From positions 103,625 to 127,624 of the forward strand of contig NZ_JACGVG010000029.1 in the NCBI RefSeq assembly GCF_014077095.1: a DNA stretch of 24,000 nucleotides, given 5' to 3'. The notes under the pieces were generated by a model. That model was not told the origin of the DNA and did no database searches. It saw only the letters and a program-made list of their open reading frames with translations. Positions 1 through 9,234 of the stretch are shown piece by piece (position 1 is the first letter of the stretch; every line of letters begins with the position of its first letter). A program made the translations under genes and the position numbers. Origin of the DNA: Colwellia sp. MB02u-6. Its GTDB lineage: Bacteria; Pseudomonadota; Gammaproteobacteria; Enterobacterales; Alteromonadaceae.

Positions 1-14
1 AATGGCCTTCTATT

Positions 15-2687
15 ATGAAAAAACAATATTCAACTTATCAGCAAACCTGTGAATTTTTGGCCAATGCGATGCGCGACTACCCTCATCTGATTCAGGTTAA
101 TAGCATTGGTGAGACGTGGGAAAAACGGCCCATTATGATGGCAACCATTTCAAATGATGTGAGTAACGCGAGCAATAAGCCGGCTTTGCTTTATACCGGT
201 TCAATTCATGCGCGCGAGTGGATTGGCAATGAGTTGGCGATTAAGTTTATTCAATATATTATCGATAACCATCAATATCATCCGATGTTAGCATCGGCAC
301 TCAATAGCAGTAGTCTTTATATTGTGCCTTGTCTTAACCCTGATGGTTTTGAATATTCGCATACCCATTTTTCATTTTGGCGCAAAAATAGGAGGGACAA
401 CGGCGACAATACCTTTGGTGTTGACCTTAATCGTAATTTTGGCATACGCTTTAAAAAAGGAACAGATACCAGTTCGGCGATATATTCAGGCCCAGCAGCA
501 TTTTCTGAACCTGAAACTCAAGCCATCAAAGTGTTTGTTGAGACTCACCCCAATATTCGTGTTGCTCTTGATTATCATTCACAAGGTAATGTTTTTTTCC
601 CCGCGCATAAATTCAATCACGAGAAAGAAATTGAAGGTACTGATTTGAATGTGTTGTGTGCCAACATGAACAATGAAATCAGAAAAGTTACTGGACGAGA
701 ATACGGTATTCATCGAGGAAAACCACCGTTTAATTTGATCCACGGTAGCGGCCGAGAGTATTATTATGATAGGGGGATAATGAGTATAGTAGTTGAAGTG
801 GGTAGCCGAAATATTCCCGATTATTTGCAATATATGGCGCAATCGATTGATGAAAATATTCCCGCCTTGTTACTTGCTTTCAGAACAGTTAGAAATTATG
901 TTGAAGAGGCTCCACCGCGTATTGCAAATTTCAATGTGACCGATATCACTGCTGATAGCGTTAGTTTGAATTGGGACGGTCTGGAAAATAAAGCGATATA
1001 TTACGAAATATTTCGCAGCGACACCTCTAAATCAGCTTGTTCAAGAGAGAATTTGATTGCGATCACTCATAGTGGCGAGTTTACCGATATTCAATTGAAG
1101 AGCGGTCAGATATATTATTATAATCTTCACGCGATTGATCCCAGCAATATGCTGAACTCACCGTTTAGCCCCGAAATCAGGTTAAAAACAAGGTTGGCAC
1201 CGGATGAATTTTCTCGTGCGTTACTCCCTGCCAAAAGCGATATTGGTTACCTTGGCGAATATAGTCTTGATGCCAATAAAAAACATTTTGGTCGAAATTC
1301 TATGTTTATTGGTGTTTCTAGTCAAAAAGGGATCTGTTTTGGCTTAATTGCTTTTTCACTGAAAAACTTATCCCCTGAACTAACCATCAAATCGGCCATT
1401 TTTTCTTTATATCCGATGAATAGAGTGGGTGCCAAAATTGAAACATATGGCGAATGGAGTATTTCGATCCTTGACGCTAATACGCTGGAAGACATTTCTG
1501 ACTTTAATCAGGTTCAAAATGCTATACCTTTACATACTTTAGGGCAAACCATTGAGTCTGATCATCTCAGACAAGGTATATGGAAAGAATGGCGCTTTAA
1601 CGGTGTTGAGCGCACGTTATTACAAAATCAAATTACGGGTGGACATATTTTATTTAGAATACAGGGACCAAACAAATTGCCCTTAGGGCAGAAATCTCAA
1701 CTTATGCAGTTTGATATTGGTTATGGTCCATTTGGTGGAGGGGTCCATTATCGACCTTTCCTTGATATTATTTATCGCGCGAAACCAACCGAGCTAAGAT
1801 TAGCGCCGGTAGCCTTAAACACCATTTCAATACACAAGATTGACGAAGATTGTCTGAGCTGCGGGTTTGACAGTGAAGGGGGGGTTGTTTATGGTCAAAT
1901 GGCTTTTACCTTGGATCAGCTACCAGACCCCGAGGAAACGGTGATTACTGATGCCTATCTTGTTATGCAGAATAAGAATAGTATTAATACAAACAAAGAT
2001 ATTCGCTTTACGATTGAACTGGCAGAGCTTAAAGATCTGGATTATGTTAGCGTCAAGGAACGACAGAAAATTGAATTTATTGGTTATGAAATCAGTAACA
2101 CACAACTTAAAAAAAGTGCCCAGCACCATCTGATTTTTGACAGCTATTGTCGTCAAGATCTTGAACGGCTTCACTCTGAAGGAAAGCCCGTCTACTTCAT
2201 TATCAGACCGACGGCGAACTCTCAAGAACGTAACGCTATCATTGACTGGTCATGCCATGACAAAAATAACGAACCGAGTTTAATGATTAACTATGTCACA
2301 CGTCGTAAAAATGCCGTGTCGCCAGCTACTAATTTAACGCTAACGATTGAAGATTCATTAGTGAAATTGAGTTGGGATAACCCAGAAGATAAAGATTTTA
2401 TTGGTTGTTATGTGGTGAGAAATTGTTTTCATCCACCTATGTCACCATTCGATGGGGTTAAGCTTTATGCGGGAAGAGACCAATATACCTACGATAAATA
2501 TGGGAACGCCAACATACCCAAATACTATTCTGTTTTTAGTTATGATGTGGTGCCAAACTATTCGAAGCCCGCAAGTATCTGTTATAACGTGACTGATACC
2601 CTGATTGTTAATGAAGATTTCATCGACTTCGATCATTTTGATGAAATGTTGAGCGAGTACGAGAATGATGACGGAGATATTGAATAG
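15..2687 (+). CDS. M14-family zinc carboxypeptidase with fibronectin type III-like and DNRLRE/CBM96-like C-terminal modules
   Basis: 890-aa ORF. It has the zinc motif SIHAREWIG, FGVDLNRNF, DYHSQG and the catalytic-Glu region SIVVEVGS. A FN3-like stretch (PPRIANFNVTDITADSVSLNWDG) follows, then two beta-rich blocks ending in FLDIIYR/LMINYVTR. The frame is open to the window's left edge, so the true start may lie outside. Confidence 0.85.
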   Translation: MKKQYSTYQQTCEFLANAMRDYPHLIQVNSIGETWEKRPIMMATISNDVSNASNKPALLYTGSIHAREWIGNELAIKFIQYIIDNHQYHPMLASALNSSSLYIVPCLNPDGFEYSHTHFSFWRKNRRDNGDNTFGVDLNRNFGIRFKKGTDTSSAIYSGPAAFSEPETQAIKVFVETHPNIRVALDYHSQGNVFFPAHKFNHEKEIEGTDLNVLCANMNNEIRKVTGREYGIHRGKPPFNLIHGSGREYYYDRGIMSIVVEVGSRNIPDYLQYMAQSIDENIPALLLAFRTVRNYVEEAPPRIANFNVTDITADSVSLNWDGLENKAIYYEIFRSDTSKSACSRENLIAITHSGEFTDIQLKSGQIYYYNLHAIDPSNMLNSPFSPEIRLKTRLAPDEFSRALLPAKSDIGYLGEYSLDANKKHFGRNSMFIGVSSQKGICFGLIAFSLKNLSPELTIKSAIFSLYPMNRVGAKIETYGEWSISILDANTLEDISDFNQVQNAIPLHTLGQTIESDHLRQGIWKEWRFNGVERTLLQNQITGGHILFRIQGPNKLPLGQKSQLMQFDIGYGPFGGGVHYRPFLDIIYRAKPTELRLAPVALNTISIHKIDEDCLSCGFDSEGGVVYGQMAFTLDQLPDPEETVITDAYLVMQNKNSINTNKDIRFTIELAELKDLDYVSVKERQKIEFIGYEISNTQLKKSAQHHLIFDSYCRQDLERLHSEGKPVYFIIRPTANSQERNAIIDWSCHDKNNEPSLMINYVTRRKNAVSPATNLTLTIEDSLVKLSWDNPEDKDFIGCYVVRNCFHPPMSPFDGVKLYAGRDQYTYDKYGNANIPKYYSVFSYDVVPNYSKPASICYNVTDTLIVNEDFIDFDHFDEMLSEYENDDGDIE

Positions 2688-2835
2688 CCTGCTTTTTAAG
2701 TGTCATTTTACTCGCTCTAATTAAGACGATAATGGGTTTTGTCACCAACAGATGAAAACCATTAAAATGATACTGGCTTTTTTGTTAAGTGTCTTATCAA
2801 GTTTTTGACGCTTGATCTTTGTGCCCTTGTGTTAT

Positions 2836-4245
2836 CTACCGATTACTAACTTCTTGGTCATCAGTACGCTTATTAATACTCGGTGGAGTGGGTATCTCGG
2901 CAACATATATGCCTTTGCTGCGCCATATTCCTGTATTCCAACGCTTTAAGGCTATCATTCCGCGAATACATTCATCTAGACTGGTTGCTAGCCAAATACC
3001 CACTAAACCATAGCCATAATGTAGCCCTAAAAGCCAAGCTAAGGGTAACGCCATAAACCACATAATAATGAAGCCAACCATTGACACATAACGTGCATCG
3101 CCAGACGCTCGCAATGATGCGCCAACAATGAGATTAAAACTTCGGCCAAACTCACCGATGATTGCAATAATTAATATCAGTTTGCCCAACGCCCAAATTT
3201 CAATATTGCTGGTAAATATTGCAAACCACTGGTCAGAAAATGCCAATAAGGTGAAAACAAAAAACATCGCTCCGGCAATACCCAGCTTCAGTCCCAACAT
3301 CAGTTGTTTATCAGCCTCTTCAAAACGCTTAGCACCGATATAATGGGCGACCTTAATTTGTACGCCTGAACTGATAGCAAAGCCATATAAAATAGCGGTA
3401 AAAAGTAAGTTAAAGCTATAAATACGTGTGGCTAAAGCAAGCTCACCCATAGTGACGATCATAACTGTCATCAATATTTGGGTTAGTTGCCACGACATAG
3501 GCTCTAACACCGATGGCAGTGCTATTTTTAATATGGGCGCACTATCTGTTTTAAATAATAGCCAGCGCTTGGGTAAAGTAATCTTGATATGTAAATGTTT
3601 AATAATGATCACAAGGGTAAAGCATAAACTGACAACCCAAGCGATAACCGATGCATAGGCAACACCTTGTACTCCTAAATCAGGAAAACCGTGTTTTCCG
3701 TCAATCAATAGATAGTTAAATAATATATTGACTATGGTCATTACGAAAGTCGACCACATATTCCAATGTGTTTTACCTTGAGAGGTTAAAACAGCGGCAG
3801 CAGCAAAGCGTACGGCTAATATCGCAGTGCCCATACCTATGGTGCTTAAGTATATGCTTGCCATACCTGACATATCATCGGTTAAACCCATCCATTGCGC
3901 GAATGCAGGCGCAAAAGCCATCATAATAATGCTTAATAAGATACCGACAAAGAGCAGAATGGCAAACAGCACACCATAAGTTGTGGCTAACTTGTTATGA
4001 TCTCCAGCGCCAATACGCTGTGATGCAACACTACTGCCACCTTGATGCATAGTACTGTAAAGCGCAAAGGCAATGCCTAAAATAGGCATAACAGCACCTA
4101 TTGACGCAGCTGCAGAATCAGATATACGGCTCAAAAACCAGGCGTCAGTAACATTGATCATGAAAATGAAAAATAGATCAATAAAAATGGGCCAAGTTAA
4201 ACTTAAAAGACTTTGGTCAGCAACTGATTGACTTGATTTGGGCAC
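2836..4245 (-). CDS. MATE family efflux transporter
   Basis: Long hydrophobic ORF (track 2836..4296) with MATE-like N-terminus SLLSLTWPIFIDLFFIFMINVTDAWFLSRISDSAAASIGAVMPI. A GTG at 4245 preceded by GGAG at good spacing is the more plausible start. Confidence 0.85.
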   Translation of the reverse strand: MPKSSQSVADQSLLSLTWPIFIDLFFIFMINVTDAWFLSRISDSAAASIGAVMPILGIAFALYSTMHQGGSSVASQRIGAGDHNKLATTYGVLFAILLFVGILLSIIMMAFAPAFAQWMGLTDDMSGMASIYLSTIGMGTAILAVRFAAAAVLTSQGKTHWNMWSTFVMTIVNILFNYLLIDGKHGFPDLGVQGVAYASVIAWVVSLCFTLVIIIKHLHIKITLPKRWLLFKTDSAPILKIALPSVLEPMSWQLTQILMTVMIVTMGELALATRIYSFNLLFTAILYGFAISSGVQIKVAHYIGAKRFEEADKQLMLGLKLGIAGAMFFVFTLLAFSDQWFAIFTSNIEIWALGKLILIIAIIGEFGRSFNLIVGASLRASGDARYVSMVGFIIMWFMALPLAWLLGLHYGYGLVGIWLATSLDECIRGMIALKRWNTGIWRSKGIYVAEIPTPPSINKRTDDQEVSNR

Positions 4246-4526
4246 ATTATCTCCGGGAAACTCGCAATAGCATAGTATAACAGTTGCCGCGGTCATTACT
4301 GATGAATACGATTGTTACAAATCGTACTTGTGCGGCGATAGTTAAGCGTACTGAAAAATGAGATAAACGTGAAAAAGTGTGAGGAAAAATCGCCGAATGA
4401 TGTTTTATTGAACACTTGACAATAAAAATCAAACAAAAAGCCTAATAAGTTAAATTAGCACTTTACAAACCAGTGAACAGTATCTATTATTCGCCCCGTT
4501 CTGAAGCAGCAATGCTTTAGAACATT

Positions 4527-4617
4527 GGTGAGATGGCTGAGTGGTCGAAAGCACTGGTCTTGAAAACCAGCAAGGGTTTATAGCCCTTCTAGGGTTCAAA
4601 TCCCTATCTCACCGCCA
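4527..4617 (+). tRNA. tRNA-Ser(UGA)
   Basis: 91-nt class II tRNA. Acceptor GGTGAGA/TCTCACC with discriminator G and encoded CCA; anticodon stem CTGGT-CTTGAAA-ACCAG gives TGA; long variable arm; T-arm AGGG-TTCAAAT-CCCT. Confidence 0.97.
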
Positions 4618-4620
4618 AAC

Positions 4621-4998
4621 TATAAAAAACCGCTAATCGAAAGATTAGCGGTTTTTTTTCGTCTAGAACTTAGTGTTCTACGACAAGGTAAGGTTTATAG
4701 CGCTAATCTTTCGAGCAGGGTTCAAATCCCTATCTCACCGCCAAACTATAAAAAACCGCTACTCGAAAGATTAGCGGTTTTTTTTCGTCTAGAACTTAGT
4801 GTTCTACGACAAGGTAAGGTTTATAGCGCTAATCTTTCGAGCAGGGTTCAACTCCCTATCTTACTGGCAAACTATAAAAAAACGGCTACTCGAAAGATTA
4901 GCGGTTTTTTTTCGTCTAGAACTTAGTGTTCTACGACAAGGTAAGGTTTATAGCGCTAATCTTTTGAGTAGGGATTCAATCCCTATTTCTCCGCCAAA
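4621..4998 (+). repeat. Three tandem 126-bp repeats carrying tRNA-Ser 3'-end copies and terminator-like hairpins
   Basis: Units 4621-4746, 4747-4872 and 4873-4998 share TATAAAAAACCGCTA..CGAAAGATTAGCGGTTTTTT..GTCTAGAACTTAGTGTTCTACGACAAGGTAAGGTTTATAGCGCTAATCTTT..TTCAA.TCCCTAT. Each ends with a copy of the tRNA-Ser T-arm/acceptor 3' part. Confidence 0.95.
4628..4660 (+). terminator. Intrinsic terminator-like hairpin after tRNA-Ser
   Basis: AACCGCTAATC-GAAA-GATTAGCGGTT followed by a T run; 11-bp perfect stem. Confidence 0.8.
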
Positions 4999-5004
4999 TA
5001 GATA

Positions 5005-5044
5005 CAAAAATGGGCCTCATATTAATGGTGCCCATTTTTGTTTG
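5005..5044 (+). terminator. Intrinsic terminator closing the tRNA-Ser/repeat unit
   Basis: Perfect 11-bp inverted repeat CAAAAATGGGC (5005-5015) / GCCCATTTTTG (5030-5040), T-rich on the 3' side. Confidence 0.7.
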
Positions 5045-5265
5045 TGAAATTGCTGATACCAATTGAAAGTTACTTCCCTCAACTTTAAGCCTTTTTTGGG
5101 TAACAACAATTTTTGTAATTATTGCCTTTAGAAAAGCTTTGCTCGCTTCGGGACCCTATAACGTATTTTGTGTAACTGCTAGGTTTAAATAACATCTTTC
5201 AAACGGTCTTCAAATTTAATCATAAAACGATTAAAGGCCGTTTTCGAATTTCTTATCGGCATCGT

Positions 5266-6417
5266 CTATTTTTTCAATACTTGTTCAATCGCTAAGTAGA
5301 TAACTTTTTTAGCCGAATCATCATGCGGGAATAGTTTACGCTTTTTAATGGCCTTGCGAATGACACTGTTCAGTGACTCAATCGCATTAGTGGTATAAAT
5401 GGCTTTACGTGTATCATCAAGGTAGTTAAATAACGTATTGACGTATTGACGTATTGACGTATTGACGTATTGACAGTTACTCAGCCATGAGCGCGATATA
5501 CTTGGGTATTTGTTATCCCATAGCTGTTCAAATTTCTTGAGCGACAACAAGGTTTCATCTTTCGTAACTTATTGGTATATTTGCTTTAAATTAGCCGTGA
5601 TAGCTTCGTAGTCTTTCTATGGCAGGAACTTTAGTGAGTGACGCACCATATGCACGATGCAGAGCTGTATCTGTGTTTAAGGATAAACAGTATTAATCGC
5701 ATTAGGAAATCCCTTAGGTCCATCCACACAAGTAATGGGGATATCCTTTACGCTTCGCTTTTGTAGTTCAGTCAGTACATTAAGCCAATACTTCGCACCT
5801 TCATTTTCTGATATTCACATACCGATTAATTCTTTATGCCCTTCAACATTGACGCCTAAGGCAAGATAAACCGCTTTGTGAATGACTTGCTTATCTTGCC
5901 TGATTTTAACCACTAAGCAGTCTAAGTAGACGATGGGATAAATCGCATCTAACGGTCGAGCTTGCCATTGTACAACCTGCTCAATAACGGCGTTCGTTAA
6001 CCGAGAAGTAAGCGTTGGAGGCACATCAGCATTCTACATTTCTTTAAACGTCGAGACGATATCACGCTTTGTCATACCCTTGGAATACAGATATAAAATC
6101 TTATCATCCATCGAGGTAAAGCGAGTTTGGTTTTCCTTAACAAGCTAAGGCGCAAAGCTGGAGTCTCTATCACGTGGCGTGTCTAAAGCTACCTCACCAT
6201 CTTCTGTACGAATAGTTTTAGGTGAATAGCCATTACAGTAATTATCTTTGTGGGATTGCTCATAACCTGAATAACTCAAGTGCTCGTCTAATTCAGCATT
6301 GAGTGCTGCTTCAACGGTGACCTTAGTGAACATTTTACGAAAGTCAGTTAAGTCTGGCTCGGTTTTAATTGATTTGGCGGCTTGCTTCACAAGCGCTTCA
6401 AGTGCTTTCTTATTCAT
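5266..6417 (-). pseudogene. IS256-family transposase, fragmented by stops and frameshifts
   Basis: Three minus-strand pieces: 6417-6145 (N-terminus, MNKKALEALVKQAAKSIKTEPDLTDF..), 6024-5815 ([27 protein letters not shown] region) and 5550-5266 (IYTTNAIESLNSVIRKAIKKRKLFPHDDSAKK, C-terminal DDE region). Confidence 0.88.
5434..5473 (+). repeat. Octamer microsatellite (CGTATTGA)x5 inside the transposase pseudogene
   Basis: Five perfect head-to-tail copies of CGTATTGA. Confidence 0.97.
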
Positions 6418-7322
6418 AGTCTGCCTATCCTTAACCCTACATGGGTATTAATAATAGGCAGTTACACATATTTTGTTACAGGGTTCTAGACCACGGCATA
6501 TTTTTTTAGTCGTGCTTGTCGTCATAACGAAAAAAAGTAGCTAAAAACACGTCAAGTAGTGCCCAGTTCTTATCATGACAGCATGTATGTGTAAGAGTTT
6601 AAGCACTTCATCTTACTGCTCTTGAGTTAAACCTACTTCTGGATGAAAGCCTAGCTCAGCTTGTAATTCTTGACCTAATCGTATTCGTTTTTCAGTGTCC
6701 ATATTCATAATTACTGCTTATAAGGCTACAAGCCACTGGTCGTATTTATACTGTAGTCCTAATCATGTCCCTTATAAAACCAGTAGATTCTGCAAGCTTA
6801 ACAGCGAAACTAGGATTTATGCATAATGCCTAATTTGTCATAGTTACAACACGATTTAAATAATTTCGTTTAAAAAAATTAGAGAGATACTCACAGTGCT
6901 TGCCATCAGGCGACTTAGTCAGTTTGTCACCTCTTTTAAGAGCACTTAAACCTATCTACCATCACTACCTCTTCTGGAAACTTGTCAGTCAATTGTACTA
7001 AAAATAATCAAATGACTTGACCCCGTCGATTTTTTTGGTAACAATAAGTTTAATTAAGTAACAAAGTATTACTGAAAGTAACTAGTTATTGCAAATGTCA
7101 CAATTTATTACCTTTAGTCATATTATATTACTTCTAGTAACAGTATACCACTACCGATGTTACATTATATTGTTCAGTGACATACAAATTATTTACAAAG
7201 AAATTACAATTGATATTTAAGATGGTAATTTCGGGTGATAGAAATTTAATGCATTAATTGTATTTATTGCTCTATAAAGTTGATAAACCTCTTAGCTGTA
7301 TTTAACAAGGAAACATACAACC

Positions 7323-7826
7323 GTGAATAGTTACCATAATACTCAAACGTTATTTACCACAAAGGCAAAGCATTGTTTGCCAGTATTGGGTAAGTGGTCG
7401 GTTTTGTTTTACTTATCGTGCCATGCATTGAATGGAAATACGCAAGATTTATCATCAATAACAGACTTAGAAGACTCTGTATTATCTTTAAGCCTTTCAA
7501 CAACAGTCAATCTCAATGGGGCTTTAGGCAGCACCATTACAATTGACCAATTTGGTGCATATAACACGACAAATGTTATACAAGCCGGCTCTAATAGCAA
7601 CGTCATAGAGGTCACTCAGCAAGGCAATAATAACCAAGCTGAAATTACCCAACTTGGGCTTAATAACGAAGTGATTTTGCTGCAAGACGGTGAAAATAAT
7701 TTGTTTCAAATCATCCAAGATGGCCACGCTAACAGCGCTAATGTAAATCAATTTGGCGGGCAACGTTTCTTGCTGCGTCAAACAGGAAATGAAATGCGCG
7801 TCAATATCACCCAATACCAAAACTAG
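7323..7826 (+). CDS. csgB: Minor curlin (CsgB-like) subunit, GTG start
   Basis: Curlin-type repeats (TITIDQFGAYNTTNVIQAGSNSNVIEVTQQGNNNQAEITQLGLNNEVILLQDGENNLFQIIQDG..), upstream AAGGA, and position directly before a longer curlin ORF and csgEFG. Confidence 0.72.
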   Translation: MNSYHNTQTLFTTKAKHCLPVLGKWSVLFYLSCHALNGNTQDLSSITDLEDSVLSLSLSTTVNLNGALGSTITIDQFGAYNTTNVIQAGSNSNVIEVTQQGNNNQAEITQLGLNNEVILLQDGENNLFQIIQDGHANSANVNQFGGQRFLLRQTGNEMRVNITQYQN

Positions 7827-7887
7827 TCATGTGACAGCGTGGCAATTAAAACAATCAAAACAATCAAAATAATCAAAGGAAAAATCA

Positions 7888-9132
7888 ATGAAATTATTAA
7901 AAACAAGAATAGCAACTGCGCTTATCGTTGCATTTGCGGTGACTGGCAGCGCCACGGCAGAAGATGTACTTGGTGACCTAATGGCAAAAGATGTGCCTGG
8001 TAACCTAGTAATCATCAGCCAAGAAACACTTGAAGGCGCAGAATTAGGCAATGTTACCAGCGTTGTTCAAGGCGGTGATATGAATAGGGCGCAGGTAATG
8101 ATCGTGGGTGATGCTAACGCCGCAGATATTAGCCAAGAGGATAGTTCTTACGGCATTGTGAATGCCGCCGTTAATGGTCAAAACAACAGCGTTAATGTTG
8201 GCCAAGCGGGTGAGAACAATACTTTAGATACAACTATTACCGGTAATGCTAACCAGGTGAGCTTTAGCCAGAGGTACTCGTCTTCAAGTATAATACGTGG
8301 TGCTGTCAATGGTGACGACAATCGCATTGATGTTAACTCTGACCAAGGTGATAACTTGACTGATTACACTATCAATGGTTCAAGCAACCGCATAGGAAAT
8401 TACCAATATGAGTCCGGTGAATCAGTTGTCACCATCAATGGTTTTAATAACAGTGTTCACAGTTTTATAGCTGGAGGCAGTGTTAGTACCTTAATTGAAG
8501 GTTCATTCAACAATCTTTGGATCGATAGTCATAATTTTGGGCAAAGTGGTAACAACGTTTCTGCCGTCATAGTTGGTGACCGTCAGTATGTTGACATTAT
8601 GCAATGGGGTGAGAGTAACACTATAGAGTTAAGTTCCCTTGGCAATGCTGGCTCTAGTCATAGCTCTTTCCATCAAGGTGGTGATTTAAACACGCTTGTT
8701 GCGGACGTATCTGGTAGCTACAATGACTTAAACGTTGGGCAAGACGGTTCTAATAACTTTGCTTCGGTGATAGCTTCTGGTGAGAACACTAGAGTTAGTT
8801 TTAGGCAATCTGGTACCGAAAACCAAGCAAATATTGACGATCTTGAGGGTATGGGCAACAACATTAACGCCCAGCAACAAGGTGCTTTAAACGTACTTGA
8901 TTTAGTTGCTAGCGGTGAAAGCAACTCAATAGATATTAGGCAAGAAGGCAGCGCGAACGGGTTTACTGCAAAAGACGGCGGTGCTTTCCAGGTGACGGCT
9001 AGCCTTGCTTCGTTTGATCTTGCACAAGTTGGTAATAATAATCTGGTTACGGGCGTGATGGCGGGTGCTAATGGAACAGTATCAATTTCACAAACAGGAG
9101 ACTTTAACGTCGTAAACATTAGCCAAATGTAA
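7888..9132 (+). CDS. csgA: Extended major curlin (CsgA-like) repeat protein, 414 aa
   Basis: Sec-type signal peptide (MKLLKTRIATALIVAFAVTGSATA), then about 390 aa of ~22-aa N-x5-Q-x-G-x-x-N curlin-like units, ending VNISQM; RBS AAAGGA; upstream of csgEFG. Confidence 0.75.
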   Translation: MKLLKTRIATALIVAFAVTGSATAEDVLGDLMAKDVPGNLVIISQETLEGAELGNVTSVVQGGDMNRAQVMIVGDANAADISQEDSSYGIVNAAVNGQNNSVNVGQAGENNTLDTTITGNANQVSFSQRYSSSSIIRGAVNGDDNRIDVNSDQGDNLTDYTINGSSNRIGNYQYESGESVVTINGFNNSVHSFIAGGSVSTLIEGSFNNLWIDSHNFGQSGNNVSAVIVGDRQYVDIMQWGESNTIELSSLGNAGSSHSSFHQGGDLNTLVADVSGSYNDLNVGQDGSNNFASVIASGENTRVSFRQSGTENQANIDDLEGMGNNINAQQQGALNVLDLVASGESNSIDIRQEGSANGFTAKDGGAFQVTASLASFDLAQVGNNNLVTGVMAGANGTVSISQTGDFNVVNISQM

Positions 9133-9151
9133 GGCAAACCTCTAGCTAAAG

Positions 9152-9180
9152 AGCCCTGTTTTAATAGGGCCCTTTTTTTA
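9152..9180 (+). terminator. Intrinsic terminator/attenuator between csgA-like gene and csgE
   Basis: GCCCT-GTTTTAAT-AGGGC followed by CCTTTTTTT, right after the csgA-like stop. Confidence 0.7.
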
Positions 9181-9234
9181 AAGCACTGCCATCCATTTTT
9201 AAAATAAACATGAGCAAACTTATATGATGGTGAT

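Larger units (their letters stand above)
5153..6484 (-). mobile_element. Decayed IS256-family insertion sequence
   Basis: Imperfect terminal inverted repeats: left ACCCTATAACGTATTTTGTGTAACTGC (5153-5179), right reverse complement ACCCTGTAACAAAATATGTGTAACTGC (6458-6484). They enclose fragmented IS256-type transposase; length about 1.33 kb. Confidence 0.85.

Noticed and set aside
1920-2636. Minus-strand ORFs inside the carboxypeptidase gene (1920..2225, 2442..2636)
   Set aside because: Short shadow ORFs without RBS or recognisable domains, opposite a well-supported 890-aa gene.
4621-4998. CRISPR array
   Set aside because: Only three 126-bp units with no unique spacers and no cas genes; the unit contains tRNA 3' sequence and a terminator.
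4718-4998. Additional tRNA genes in the repeats
   Set aside because: Only the T-arm/acceptor 3' strand is present. No D-arm, anticodon arm or matching 5' acceptor strand exists in the units.
4799-5047. 82-aa ORF across the tRNA-associated repeats
   Set aside because: Its peptide is an incidental translation of the 126-bp repeats (LERLAVFFRLELSVLRQGKVYS..); RNA features explain the region better.
6490-7030. Possible second mobile-element remnant between the IS and the curli genes (short minus-strand frame MNMDTEKRIRLGQELQAELGFHPEVGLTQEQ)
   Set aside because: Only about 31 codons, and no family recognised. It is possibly a relic, but the sequence alone does not support calling a feature.
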